Part shown: positions 18,279-29,368 of the stretch, piece after piece
Numbering within the stretch: position 1 is the first letter of the stretch
Layout: the number at the start of each line of letters is the position of its first letter
DNA from: an uncultured bacterium
Lineage (GTDB): Bacteria; Desulfobacterota_D; UBA1144; Nemesobacterales; UBA2774
Assembly (NCBI GenBank): GCA_963705505.1
Contig: CAVPJU010000006.1
Span: forward strand, 332,446-396,445
DNA: 64,000 nt
Direction of reading: 5' to 3'
Translations under genes and position numbers: made by a program
The notes under the pieces: generated by a model
Told to the model about the DNA's origin: nothing
Database searches by the model: none
The model's input: only the letters and a program-made list of their open reading frames with translations

Positions 18279-20515
18279 CACTATCAAAAGAACTGGAAGA
18301 GACGCTCAAGAGAGCGTATGAGCAGGCGAAGGTCAGAAGGCATGAGTTCATCACGCTCGAGCACATCCTTTTCGAGCTGACTTACGATCCGGACGCCTCG
18401 GAAGTCCTCGCGGGCTGCGGTGTGGACCTCGACGGTCTGAGGTCTACGCTCGAGGATTTCTTCGAGGAGAACATGCCGCCTATAGATTCCGAATACCTGG
18501 CCGACCCTCAGTATTCGGCGGGCAGCCAGTTCGTGCTCAGGCTTGCGGCAATGCATGCGGAATCCGCAGACAAATCGCAGATCAACGGGGGAAACATCCT
18601 CGTCGCGATGTTCAGGGTCGACGAGTCTCACGCAGTATATCTCTTGACGGAGCAGGGTGTAAACCGCTATGACATAGTACGGTATATATCGCACGGACGC
18701 TCTAAATACGGACAGCAGGAAAAATCGACCAGCATAGCAAAGACGGACACCCAGACCGAACAGAGATCCAAAGACCCCCTCGGGGAGTTCTGCACCAATC
18801 TGGTGAGGAAGGCCCGGGACGGGAAGCTCGACCCTCTGATCGGACGCGAATCGGAGATAGACCGCACCATTCATATACTGGCGAGAAGAAGAAAGAATAA
18901 CCCTATATTCGTCGGCGAGGCGGGCGTCGGAAAGACGGCAATAGCAGAAGGGCTCGCGCTCAGGATCGCACGGAGCGAGGTCCCGAAGGCGCTCGAGAAC
19001 ACGGGTATTTATGCGCTCGATATGGGCTCCCTCACCGCGGGCACGCGCTACAGGGGAGATTTCGAGGAAAGGCTGAAAGCGATAATCGACAGTGTAAGAG
19101 GGGATGAGAAAAAGATTCTTTTCATCGACGAAATCCATACCGTAATAGGCGCAGGCGCCGTCTCGGGAGGCACTCTCGACGCGTCCAATATGCTCAAGCC
19201 CGCGTTGTCAAACGGCGAGATACGCTGCATCGGCACCACGACACTCAAGGAATACAGGAGCGTATTCGAGAAGGACCACGCGCTCGCGAGGAGGTTCCAG
19301 AGGATCGACGTATACGAGCCGAGCCAGGAGGAGTGCGTCAAGATACTACTCGGCCTTAAGAAATACTACGAGGATTTTCATAGCGTTAAATATTCCACAC
19401 CCGCGCTTAAAGCCGCGGTCGAGCTCTCCGCAAAATACATGAACGACAGGAGGCTCCCCGACAAGGCCATAGACCTGATAGACGAAGCGGGGGCGGAGGT
19501 CAAGCTCAGAAACTCCGGAGCCGCCATAAGGCAGGTCACGGTCAAGGACATAGAGGCGCTAGTCTCGAAGATAGCGAAGATACCCACACGCACGGTCAAG
19601 GTCGACGACAGGAACAGGCTCATGACACTCGCGGATGACCTCAAGAAGGTCATATACGGCCAGGACGAAGCCGTAGACAAGCTGGTCACGGCGATCCAGA
19701 TGTCGCGCTCGGGGCTGAGCGAGCCCATGAAGCCCGTCGGCAGCTTCATGTTCGCCGGGCCCACGGGAGTCGGGAAAACGGAGCTCGCAAAACAGCTTGC
19801 CGAAGCCCTGGGAATTGAGTTCATTCGGTTCGACATGAGCGAGTACATGGAGAAACACACCGTTTCCCGCCTTATCGGGTCACCGCCCGGATACGTCGGA
19901 TACGAGGAGGGCGGACAGCTTACGGAAGCGGTTCATCAGAAACCCCACGCGGTGCTCCTGCTCGACGAGATCGAGAAGGCCCACGAGGATATCTTTAACG
20001 TGCTTTTACAGGTGATGGACCATGCGACTCTCACCGACTCGAACGGGAGAAAAGTGGATTTCAGGCAGATAGTCCTCATCCTTACCACGAACACCGGGTC
20101 GAGGGAGAGCGGCCAGAGGACGGTCGGATTCGAGAAGGACGAATTTGAGGACAAGAGCGTGCAGGCGATAGAGAGGTACTTCAGCCCGGAATTCAGGAAC
20201 AGGCTCAACGGAGTGCTCCATTTCAATTCACTCTCCAAAGAAGTCGTCGAGAAGATCGTGGACAAAATGGTAGGGCAGCTCGCCGAGAGGTTGAAAGCCA
20301 AGAAGGTGACGGTCGAGCTCACACCCGAAGCGAGGACATATATCGCGGAGAAGGGCTACGACAAACAACTCGGCGCAAGGCCTATACAGCGGCTTATAGA
20401 CAGCGAGATCACTCAGAATCTCACTCACGAGATACTGTTCGGGAAACTTTCCACGGGCGGCGGGAGCGTGAGGATCGTAGTGAACGGGGACAAGCTCGGG
20501 TTCGAGTTCGGATAA
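18275..20515 (+). CDS. clpA: ATP-dependent Clp protease ATP-binding subunit ClpA
   Basis: 746 aa with two AAA+ modules (GEAGVGKTAIAEGLA; GPTGVGKTELAKQLA) and the IGF-like loop. Confidence 0.95.
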   Translation: MTLSKELEETLKRAYEQAKVRRHEFITLEHILFELTYDPDASEVLAGCGVDLDGLRSTLEDFFEENMPPIDSEYLADPQYSAGSQFVLRLAAMHAESADKSQINGGNILVAMFRVDESHAVYLLTEQGVNRYDIVRYISHGRSKYGQQEKSTSIAKTDTQTEQRSKDPLGEFCTNLVRKARDGKLDPLIGRESEIDRTIHILARRRKNNPIFVGEAGVGKTAIAEGLALRIARSEVPKALENTGIYALDMGSLTAGTRYRGDFEERLKAIIDSVRGDEKKILFIDEIHTVIGAGAVSGGTLDASNMLKPALSNGEIRCIGTTTLKEYRSVFEKDHALARRFQRIDVYEPSQEECVKILLGLKKYYEDFHSVKYSTPALKAAVELSAKYMNDRRLPDKAIDLIDEAGAEVKLRNSGAAIRQVTVKDIEALVSKIAKIPTRTVKVDDRNRLMTLADDLKKVIYGQDEAVDKLVTAIQMSRSGLSEPMKPVGSFMFAGPTGVGKTELAKQLAEALGIEFIRFDMSEYMEKHTVSRLIGSPPGYVGYEEGGQLTEAVHQKPHAVLLLDEIEKAHEDIFNVLLQVMDHATLTDSNGRKVDFRQIVLILTTNTGSRESGQRTVGFEKDEFEDKSVQAIERYFSPEFRNRLNGVLHFNSLSKEVVEKIVDKMVGQLAERLKAKKVTVELTPEARTYIAEKGYDKQLGARPIQRLIDSEITQNLTHEILFGKLSTGGGSVRIVVNGDKLGFEFG

Positions 20516-20610
20516 AATAATAAGTGAATCAGTTCGATTTCGGCCTTATATTTCAATCCGGAATCGTAGCAGCTCGTTACATCAAATTCAAAACCGAGGA
20601 GAGTAAACTC

Positions 20611-20976
20611 ATGTTCAGCTCGTACTCATTTTCAAGGCAAATCAGCTCTCTGATCCTTCTATTTTTATTATGTTTCTCACTATACGGCGCAAATTCCTTC
20701 TCCATGGAAAGCCCAATTATAATTGCCCAGGGCGAAACCAAATCGAGCGGCAATGCAATGCTGAGTGCGATTGAAAGCGGCTCTGACTTCAAGGGCATGA
20801 CCAAAAAACAGGTAATAGATTCATACGGAGAGCCCTTCAGCAAAGATACTAACCCCGTAAAGGGCAGGTACGATGAAAAATGGACTTACAGCTGCGAGAC
20901 TCACAACGGACTCACATATGACTGTGTGCTTCTCTATTTCATGGCAGACCATGTTGTGGATGTCGAATCTTTCTAG
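20611..20976 (+). CDS. Hypothetical small secreted protein
   Basis: Signal-peptide-like MFSSYSFSRQISSLILLFLLCFSLYGA. I recognise no family. Confidence 0.4.
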   Translation: MFSSYSFSRQISSLILLFLLCFSLYGANSFSMESPIIIAQGETKSSGNAMLSAIESGSDFKGMTKKQVIDSYGEPFSKDTNPVKGRYDEKWTYSCETHNGLTYDCVLLYFMADHVVDVESF

Positions 20977-20985
20977 GCAACGGGA

Positions 20986-21540
20986 GTGAAAATGAAAAAA
21001 TGTCCAAAGTGCGGTAAAGAACTTAAACTGAAGGTCCTCGGGTCGATAGACGTCGATGAATGCGAGTCATGCAAGGGTGTCTGGCTCGACGTGGGAGAAT
21101 TAGGCAAAGCAGAGGAAGCCGCCGACCCCAACATCAACTGGCTCGATTTCGAGATTTGGAAACACCCGGAAAAATTCAAATCGAAAGAAACGGACCTCAA
21201 GTGTCCGTCCTGCGCGTCCAACACAATCAGTATCGAGTACGGACATACCGGAGTCGAGATCAACTACTGCCCCGGCTGCCGGGGAATATGGCTCGAAAAG
21301 GACGAATTGCCCAAGATCATAGAGTCCCTCGAAGACGAAATATCGAAAAAAACCTTCTCCGATTACCTCCACGAAAGTATCCGCGAAGCCAAAGAAGTCG
21401 TGACCGGGCATGAGTCGCTGATGTCGGAATGGAAGGACTTCTCCTCGATACTGAGACTGATGCAGTACAGGTTATTCGTCGAGAAACCGAAGTTAATCGA
21501 GACCCTGACCGACATCAATACGCTGAATCCCTTTAAGTAG
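20986..21540 (+). CDS. Zinc-ribbon domain protein (two CPxCG...CxxC zf-TFIIB-like ribbons)
   Basis: CPKCGKEL...CESCKGVWLD and CPSCASNT...CPGCRGIWLEKDEL are two zinc-ribbon repeats. Confidence 0.55.
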   Translation: MKMKKCPKCGKELKLKVLGSIDVDECESCKGVWLDVGELGKAEEAADPNINWLDFEIWKHPEKFKSKETDLKCPSCASNTISIEYGHTGVEINYCPGCRGIWLEKDELPKIIESLEDEISKKTFSDYLHESIREAKEVVTGHESLMSEWKDFSSILRLMQYRLFVEKPKLIETLTDINTLNPFK

Positions 21541-21620
21541 AGGGCATCATTAACGGAGCACGAGCCCGGACCACCTGGAGATTTAAATATTACAAAGGCC
21601 GATAAATGAAAATAAGTCCG

Positions 21621-22091
21621 TCAGAAGGCCTGGTCCAGAATAAGCGATATTTCATCGGAGCCGGTTTCCCCGGTCCTGTCGTAGACAGCCTCACCTTTAC
21701 TGTTCATGACCGTTACGTGGGGGATATAACCCCTGTAATAGCGGTCCCTGAGCTCTTTTTGTTCTTTTGATAATGCAGTATCCAGATCGATAACTATGAA
21801 ATCCACCTTGCCCTTATATTTCTCGTAAAGCTCGACTGTCCTCCTGGCCTGCCTCTTCGAGTTATAACACTCCCTCTGATAAAAGATAATATAAGCCGGA
21901 GTCCCGTTTCTGAGAATCCCGTTAGAAAAATCATCGCCTGTGATGAGAGGGCCGTCATTCGAATCGCTCGTATAGTCGAGCCTGGGATTGAGCTTCAGAT
22001 TTGTCGCCGCAAAAGAGAACGGCGAAGCGCCTAAAAGCATATAGACCAGGAATCCGGCAGCAATCATTTGTCCGCGGAATTTATTAATCAT
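21621..22091 (-). CDS. Hypothetical secreted protein, possibly thioredoxin-like fold
   Basis: Signal peptide (AAGFLVYMLLGASPFSFAAT). AYIIFYQRECYNSKRQ... is weakly Trx-like. Low confidence. Confidence 0.35.
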   Translation of the reverse strand: MINKFRGQMIAAGFLVYMLLGASPFSFAATNLKLNPRLDYTSDSNDGPLITGDDFSNGILRNGTPAYIIFYQRECYNSKRQARRTVELYEKYKGKVDFIVIDLDTALSKEQKELRDRYYRGYIPHVTVMNSKGEAVYDRTGETGSDEISLILDQAF

Positions 22092-22298
22092 TTCATATAA
22101 CCCCGTTATACAATCAGGACATCATGACATTATACGGAATTAAATCGTACCCGGTTTCATTTTTAAAACACGAGAAAATACAGGAAATCTAAATTTATCC
22201 TTTATAATAAAGTAAAATAAACAGATCGTTACATCATTCTATGAATTTGTTTGAATCCTGCTCATCGTCAATCACTATGGAAGGAAGGAAAAGACCAG

Positions 22299-22922
22299 AT
22301 GAATGACTCAAAGTCCCGCATAGCTTCCAACATAAAGGACAAGGACCTGATCAACGTAAGGAGGCAGGAGCTTGTGAATGCCGCCGTCGAGCTTTTCGTG
22401 AAAAAGGGGTTCCACAAAACCACAGTCCGCGAGATAGCGAAAGAGTTCGGCATGAGCATGGGGGCGCTCTACGATTATATCAGGACAAAAGAGGACATCT
22501 TATTTCTTGTCTGCGACCACATTCACAAAAGCGTCAGCGAAAAATTACAGAGCGCGCTCGTAGGCAAAAAGGACGCCAGGGAGAACCTGAAAAATGCGAT
22601 ACGCGATTACTTCACTATCATAGACGAGATACAGGACTACTCGCTCCTCTTGTATCAGGAAACTAAATCGCTTAACCGTACGGACAGGAATTACATACTT
22701 TCGGCTGAAAAAGAACTGGTCGCGATCTTCGAGGATATAATTACCCACGGCATCAGAGAAAAAATATTCAAGATCGACAGGAGCACCGCAAAGATAGTGG
22801 CTGAAAACATAATGGTTGAGGGGCAGATGTGGGCGTTCAGGCGCTGGTCGATCCAAAAGAGCTACACCCTTAAAAACTATATCAAAATCCAGACGGACCT
22901 CATTTTAAGGTCGATTACATAA
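22299..22922 (+). CDS. TetR/AcrR family transcriptional regulator
   Basis: HTH ...LFVKKGFHKTTVREIAKEFGMSMGALYDYIRTKEDILF...; immediately upstream of an acyl-CoA dehydrogenase. Confidence 0.85.
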   Translation: MNDSKSRIASNIKDKDLINVRRQELVNAAVELFVKKGFHKTTVREIAKEFGMSMGALYDYIRTKEDILFLVCDHIHKSVSEKLQSALVGKKDARENLKNAIRDYFTIIDEIQDYSLLLYQETKSLNRTDRNYILSAEKELVAIFEDIITHGIREKIFKIDRSTAKIVAENIMVEGQMWAFRRWSIQKSYTLKNYIKIQTDLILRSIT

Positions 22923-23003
22923 ACCCCTTGACATTAAACCCGAAAGTTCTTAGAATTGTGATAAGCGAGCGAGCGCTCGGTTGGTAATCGTCAATGGGGA
23001 GGT

Positions 23004-24164
<1,161 letters not shown>

Positions 24165-24165
24165 A

Positions 24166-24200
24166 AAAAGAAGCCCTTAAAATCGAAAGGGCTTCTTTCC
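24166..24200. terminator. Rho-independent terminator-like hairpin (bidirectional: A-run before, T-run after)
   Basis: AAAAAAGAAGCCCTT-aaaatcga-AAGGGCTTCTTTCC immediately after the acyl-CoA dehydrogenase stop. Confidence 0.6.
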
Positions 24201-24406
24201 CTCAAGGAGGATGGTATAGGATGTGCTGGTCAATTCAAATATGTACTTACTGCTTCTAACATATTAGACACATTTTATCGCGGGATGGATTCAGGTAATT
24301 TTTCGGTATTCGATGCCCGTCAGTGTTAGTCTGCAGACGCCCGGCAATCGCATATATTTTCAAGTAAGACGGGAGATTAGAAGAGTCTCCTCCGCTTCAT
24401 TCCCTA

Positions 24407-24925
24407 TCAGTTCTCTTTCCTGGTGACGGACTGCGCCCAGCCCTGATATACCTTTACGATCACCCGGTCGCCGACCTTAATATCCTTTAATTTATCGTTC
24501 GAAGAAGCGATATTGAAGACGGTTTTGTCCGACATTTTAACGCTGATAAGACTGTCCGTCGCCCCCTCCTGAATGAATACGACTTCGCCCGGAACCCACT
24601 GGACGCCGCTATCCTTTTTTTCGGGCCCCGGAGTCTGCGGCGTCTGTTCCTCCGCTATATTTATGATTCGCGCCCACCCCTCGACAATCTGCACCGTTAC
24701 GACATCCCCTATCTGAACTCCGTTGAGCAGGGAGGATTTGGAAGGAACACTGAAGAGTTCGCCGTCGGTCAGCTTCAAGCTGAGCAGCCCTGATCCCTCT
24801 TTCTCGACTATGGACACTACCTCTCCCGTTACCCACTGCGGAGAGCCGTTCGCATGGGCAGCAATTACTTTTACAGAACCCAAAACCGATAACGCAATCA
24901 TCAGGCAGATAATTTTTCTCGACAT
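24407..24925 (-). CDS. Hypothetical secreted protein made of two tandem homologous ~65-aa domains
   Basis: Signal peptide, then QWVTGEVVSIVEKEGSGLLSLKLTDGELFSVPSKSSLLNGVQIGDVVTVQIVEGWARII and QWVPGEVVFIQEGATDSLISVKMSDKTVFNIASSNDKLKDIKVGDRVIVKVYQGWAQSV. Confidence 0.5.
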   Translation of the reverse strand: MSRKIICLMIALSVLGSVKVIAAHANGSPQWVTGEVVSIVEKEGSGLLSLKLTDGELFSVPSKSSLLNGVQIGDVVTVQIVEGWARIINIAEEQTPQTPGPEKKDSGVQWVPGEVVFIQEGATDSLISVKMSDKTVFNIASSNDKLKDIKVGDRVIVKVYQGWAQSVTRKEN

Positions 24926-25261
24926 CGTGAATCCTCCGTGAAACACCGGTCCATTCGCTCAGAATTTATTAGTCAGTCCCTTTATAAAGTGTAATTTTTA
25001 TACTGCATTTATACAACTTTATTTATGCAGCCTTAATATGAGCACCTATTCTTGCTATACTATCTAATCCATATCCGGTAAAGAGGTCTCGCGGATGTTA
25101 ATGTACAAGAAAGCGAGCTGGTGGTTCTGGCGCGTAATAGCGGTCTTCATTACGGCCGGGGACATCGGGTGGAGTTCCGGATTTTATGCAGCGACCATTT
25201 TATCAGCCGTGAAGCTGATACATTTCTTCATAAAAGAAGGGGCTTCAAGGGGACATGCCTG

Positions 25262-25627
25262 ATGCCGAAATTTATAGAAAAACCGACTATTATAGAGGCT
25301 GCGGGGAATAAGCCGAAAAAGATAGAGGAGTACGCCGGAAGGGTGAACACAGGCCAGACTGCCGTCAGCGTTGCCCGCATGACATCGCCCGAGGGCTGGA
25401 GGGAGCCCGGACAGCGCCCGGACTTTGAGGAAATTACGATAGTCCTTGAAGGAACGCTCGTAGTCGATCACGAAAGAGGCTCTCTCGAAGTCGGAGCGGG
25501 GCAGGCCGTCGTTGCCAATCCCGGAGAATGGGTCAGGTACAGCACCCCTAAGCCGGGCGGGGCGAAGTATATAGCAATATGTATCCCCGCTTTTTCACCC
25601 GGAACGGTGAACCGCGACCAGGAATAA
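25262..25627 (+). CDS. Cupin-domain protein
   Basis: ...FEEITIVLEGTLVVDHERGSLEVGAGQAVVANPGEWVRYS... is a cupin beta-barrel pattern. Start chosen at MPKF. Confidence 0.55.
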   Translation: MPKFIEKPTIIEAAGNKPKKIEEYAGRVNTGQTAVSVARMTSPEGWREPGQRPDFEEITIVLEGTLVVDHERGSLEVGAGQAVVANPGEWVRYSTPKPGGAKYIAICIPAFSPGTVNRDQE

Positions 25628-25644
25628 AAAACTAAGGAATCCAA

Positions 25645-26226
25645 ATGATAAACAGATGCGGGTGGTCCATTTCGGACCCTTTGATGATTGATTATCACGA
25701 TACTGAGTGGGGCGTCCCGGTTCACGACGACCGCAAGCATTTCGAAATGATTGTCCTCGACGGAGCGCAGGCGGGGCTCAGCTGGCAGACCGTCCTGAGA
25801 AAAAGGGAGTCCTACCGCGAGGCATTCGATAATTTCGATCCGAAGAAAGTAGCACGGTATAACGATAAAAAAATCCGGGAGCTTCTGAACAATCCCGGCA
25901 TAATCAGAAACCGGCTGAAAGTAAACTCCGCAGTAGTGAACGCAAAGGCATTCCTCGACGTGACGGATGAGTTCGGCTCGTTCGATAAGTATATATGGCA
26001 GTTCGTAGGCCACCGTACCATACACAACGAATGGAAGAGCTTGAAAGAACTGCCCGCGAAGACGTCCGTGTCAGACACCATGAGCAAAGACCTTAAAAAA
26101 AGAGGGTTCAACTTCGTCGGCTCCACCATATGCTACGCATACATGCAGGCGGCCGGCATGGTGAACGATCACACTACAGAATGTTTCAGACATAAAGAGC
26201 TGAGACGCATGCCCCCGAATAAATAA
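25645..26226 (+). CDS. tag: DNA-3-methyladenine glycosylase I
   Basis: CGWSISDPLMIDYHDTEWGVPVHDDRKHFEMIVLDGAQAGLSWQTVLRKRE.... Confidence 0.9.
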   Translation: MINRCGWSISDPLMIDYHDTEWGVPVHDDRKHFEMIVLDGAQAGLSWQTVLRKRESYREAFDNFDPKKVARYNDKKIRELLNNPGIIRNRLKVNSAVVNAKAFLDVTDEFGSFDKYIWQFVGHRTIHNEWKSLKELPAKTSVSDTMSKDLKKRGFNFVGSTICYAYMQAAGMVNDHTTECFRHKELRRMPPNK

Positions 26227-26822
26227 TGACTCAAAATTTTCTAGACAAGGTGGTATTCCGTCCCGCGAGAAAGGACGAATGCAGGACTATCGCGCGGCTC
26301 TACAGCATCTCCTCGGACGGATTGGCGGACTACATCTGGACGACGCTCGCGAAGCCGGGAGAGGATATTCTCGATGTGGGGGCAAGGCGGTACTCGAATG
26401 AGGACCTCTTATTCAGCTATAACAATTGCGTGATCGCAGAGCACGATGGTGAGATTATAGGTATGCTCGTTGCATTCCCAATGTACGTTCCCGAGGACCC
26501 TGGTGCTGTACGTGAGACCGACCCGGTTTTAGTGCCCTTCACTGTACTGGAGAAAGACAAGAGCTACTACATCATGGGGGTTGCAGTCTTTCCCGAGCAT
26601 AGAGGGAAAGGGGTTGGCACGAAATTTTTGGAAATTGCGGAACGGAAAGCGGTTGAAAATAACCTCCCCCAAATAAGCCTGATAGTATTCGATCAGAATG
26701 TGGGGGCTAAAAAACTTTACGAGCGTCACGGATTTTATGAAATCATGCGCGAACCTGTACTCCCGCATGAGCTTATTCACCATACGGGCTACGCGCTGCT
26801 TATGGTTAAGGACGTTAAATAA
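26226..26822 (+). CDS. GNAT family N-acetyltransferase
   Basis: ...YIMGVAVFPEHRGKGVGTKFLEIAERKAVENNLPQISLIVFDQNVGAKKLYERHGF... is the acetyl-CoA binding motif. Confidence 0.8.
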   Translation: MTQNFLDKVVFRPARKDECRTIARLYSISSDGLADYIWTTLAKPGEDILDVGARRYSNEDLLFSYNNCVIAEHDGEIIGMLVAFPMYVPEDPGAVRETDPVLVPFTVLEKDKSYYIMGVAVFPEHRGKGVGTKFLEIAERKAVENNLPQISLIVFDQNVGAKKLYERHGFYEIMREPVLPHELIHHTGYALLMVKDVK

Positions 26823-26886
26823 CCTACCGCGGCGATAAATCAGCGAGCAGAATCTTCGGCATCCCGAATACGGTCAATAACCGAAC

Positions 26887-28473
26887 CTAGGCGTGGTCCT
26901 GTGTCACTTTCTCTTTAGCCTTCATTATAAAAGGCTCGGAACCCCTTTTCCTTTCCTTGAAGTATGACAACAGCTGTTCGGCTTCATGAAACGGCAGGGT
27001 TACGAAAGAAAACTTATCGTGAATTTTAATGTCGTTTATTTTTTCACTTTTTATGCTGCATTTGTTCCGTATGAAATCCACCAGCTTCTTCGGCGTGAGC
27101 CTGTCCTGTTTGCCTTTTGTTACGAAGAGCCTGGTTTTACCCTTCAGGTCGACAACCCCGTCTCCGATCTCAGTGTAACTCTTCTCGTCGAGCTCGTCCC
27201 TGAAAGTGTGCTGGAGCAGAGACGCTATTATATCCACAGGGCTCTTATTCTCCATAAGCTCCTTCGACAGCTCGTAATACTCCGTCCCCGGTCGGGTGTT
27301 CAATAAATTTTCGAGCTCCGACTTAACCCGCTTCTTTCTGGTCTCTATGACGTCCTTTACCTGAGGGAGCTTCGCCTTCCTGATATCCGTCTTCGTCTCC
27401 CGGCTGATAAATTTAAGTTTTCTATATTCTTCAGGGGTAATAAACGTTATCGCGTTGCCTTCCTTGCCGGCGCGTCCCGTACGGCCTACCCTGTGCACAT
27501 AGGACTTCGGGTCCTGGGGCAGGGCATAATTTATGACATGGGTCAGGTTCTGAACGTCTATGCCCCTCGCGGCCACGTCCGTAGCCACGAGAATGTTGAC
27601 CTGGCGCTTTTTAAACTTGTTAAGCGTCCTCTCCCTCTGGTTCTGAGACATATCGCCGTGCAGGGCGTCCGCATCGTAACCGCGCTTCATCAGCTTTCCC
27701 GCAACCTTGTCGGCATCCACCTTCGTCCTGCAAAAAATGAGACCGTAGAACTCTTCTTCCACGTCTATGATTCTGCAAAGGGCCTCGAATTTATCGGCAG
27801 CCGAAACCTCGAAATATATCTGGTCCGTCTGGCTCACTGTGAGCTGTTCCTGCTCGACCTTGAGCGTCTCGTATGTACGCATATGTTTTTTGGCGATTTG
27901 AATGACCTCGTGAGGCATGGTCGCCGAAAAAAGCATCGTACGCTTGTTATGCCCCGTGTACCCGATTATCTCCCGGACGTCATCGATAAACCCCATATCG
28001 AGCATCTCGTCAGCCTCGTCGAGAATGAGGTAAGAGATGTTATCGAGCTTGAGCGTCCCGCTCCGGAGGTGGTCGAGTATCCTTCCCGGCGTGCCCACGA
28101 CGACGTCAACTCCCTTCCGGAGGCTCCTTAACTGCAAGCTCATCGACTGCCCGCCGTAAACAGGAATGATGCTGAGCTCTTTCCAGCCTTTTAACGAATT
28201 GATCTCCTCCGCCACCTGAATTGCTAACTCCCTCGTAGGCGCGAGGACGAGCGCCTGGACTGTCCTCGACTTTTCCTGAAGCAGCTCGATCAGAGGAATC
28301 CCGAACGCCGCCGTTTTGCCGGTCCCGGTCTGGGCCTGGGCGACTATATCGTCATCCCCCTCCATAACAACCGGAATAACCAGCTCCTGGATCTTTGTCG
28401 GCATTTCATAGCCCTTTTTAGTAAGGACGTCGAGCGTCCTTTCCGATAAACCAAAACTTTCAAATGATTTCAT
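26887..28473 (-). CDS. deaD: DEAD-box ATP-dependent RNA helicase (DeaD/CsdA/CshA-like) with C-terminal DbpA-type RNA-binding domain
   Basis: Q-motif, AQTGTGKTAAF, DEAD, SAT, and HRVGRTGRAGKEG motifs; 528 aa. Confidence 0.9.
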   Translation of the reverse strand: MKSFESFGLSERTLDVLTKKGYEMPTKIQELVIPVVMEGDDDIVAQAQTGTGKTAAFGIPLIELLQEKSRTVQALVLAPTRELAIQVAEEINSLKGWKELSIIPVYGGQSMSLQLRSLRKGVDVVVGTPGRILDHLRSGTLKLDNISYLILDEADEMLDMGFIDDVREIIGYTGHNKRTMLFSATMPHEVIQIAKKHMRTYETLKVEQEQLTVSQTDQIYFEVSAADKFEALCRIIDVEEEFYGLIFCRTKVDADKVAGKLMKRGYDADALHGDMSQNQRERTLNKFKKRQVNILVATDVAARGIDVQNLTHVINYALPQDPKSYVHRVGRTGRAGKEGNAITFITPEEYRKLKFISRETKTDIRKAKLPQVKDVIETRKKRVKSELENLLNTRPGTEYYELSKELMENKSPVDIIASLLQHTFRDELDEKSYTEIGDGVVDLKGKTRLFVTKGKQDRLTPKKLVDFIRNKCSIKSEKINDIKIHDKFSFVTLPFHEAEQLLSYFKERKRGSEPFIMKAKEKVTQDHA

Positions 28474-28832
28474 ACAGTAATCCTCTCCCTTATTACATTT
28501 CTCCTATTAAGGAATAAGACCCAATCAAGCATCAAGAATCGTTTTTGGAATTGTTGAATAATTGACTAAGTATTTTCTCGTGTTAGTAGATGTCATTATT
28601 ATACCTTAAAAATATAAGTTGCACTATTACCCCGATTTTTTACCCGGCCTTTCCGATTTTTTTGCATAATATCATCGACAAGTGACCTCAACAGACTTCG
28701 AAGTTTCATGAAGCTATAAACGAGGAAGTAGTACCAGTTAAGATTTTCACCGTTCGGGCCATCGCTTAATTAAAACCGGGAACATAACACAGTGCGATAG
28801 ACGACCAGCGTAGTTCATCCAAACTCCCGAAT

Positions 28833-28879
28833 TTGACAGTTCATTCTTACGCACTTATAATTGAGAATCTTTCTCAATT
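28833..28879 (+). promoter_or_regulatory. Consensus sigma-70 promoter (TTGACA-17-TATAAT) with a 9-3-9 palindromic operator AATTGAGAA-tct-TTCTCAATT over and downstream of the -10 box
   Basis: -35 TTGACA at about 28833-28838, a 17-bp spacer, and -10 TATAAT at about 28856-28861. The perfect inverted repeat spans about 28859-28879, about 30 bp upstream of the Fur-family gene start. Confidence 0.5.
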
Positions 28880-28909
28880 GCAATATAGCACGGGCAAGGA
28901 CAATTAATC

Positions 28910-29353
28910 ATGAAAACAAAATCCGGCAGATCAGAAAATTCAGAGAGTTTAAAGGCTATTTTTCACGCAAAAAGACTCAAATGCACGCCTCAGAGGTTAG
29001 CCGTGCTGAAAGTACTCAAGGAAAGCGGGGCTTACCTCTCGATAAATATGCTCGACAAGAAGGTGAAGGAGATCCTTCCCGGAACAGGGCTTGCGACTGT
29101 GTACAGGGCGCTCGAAACGCTCGAAGAGTTAAACCTGGTAGTCAAGGTGCACCTCGAGGACGGGTGTCACAGCTACGCGGTCGCGCCCGAGGGGCACCGG
29201 CACCCGATAGTCTGCACGGAGTGCAACAAGGTCATCGAATTCGCGGAATGCCCGCTTGATAAGTTGTCCGAGAAGCTCTCGAAAGACACGGGCATCCTCA
29301 TACAAAACCATTTCCTCCAGTTATTCGGGAAATGCAGGGAATGCCAGACTTAA
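28910..29353 (+). CDS. Fur-family metalloregulator (Zur/Nur/Fur-like), probably autoregulated
   Basis: ...KCTPQRLAVLKVLKESGAYLSINML...LATVYRALETLEELNLV...HRHPIVCTECNKVIEF...GKCRECQ is a winged helix plus CxxC...CxxC structural Zn site. Confidence 0.85.
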   Translation: MKTKSGRSENSESLKAIFHAKRLKCTPQRLAVLKVLKESGAYLSINMLDKKVKEILPGTGLATVYRALETLEELNLVVKVHLEDGCHSYAVAPEGHRHPIVCTECNKVIEFAECPLDKLSEKLSKDTGILIQNHFLQLFGKCRECQT

Positions 29354-29368
29354 GAAGGGGATATATAC

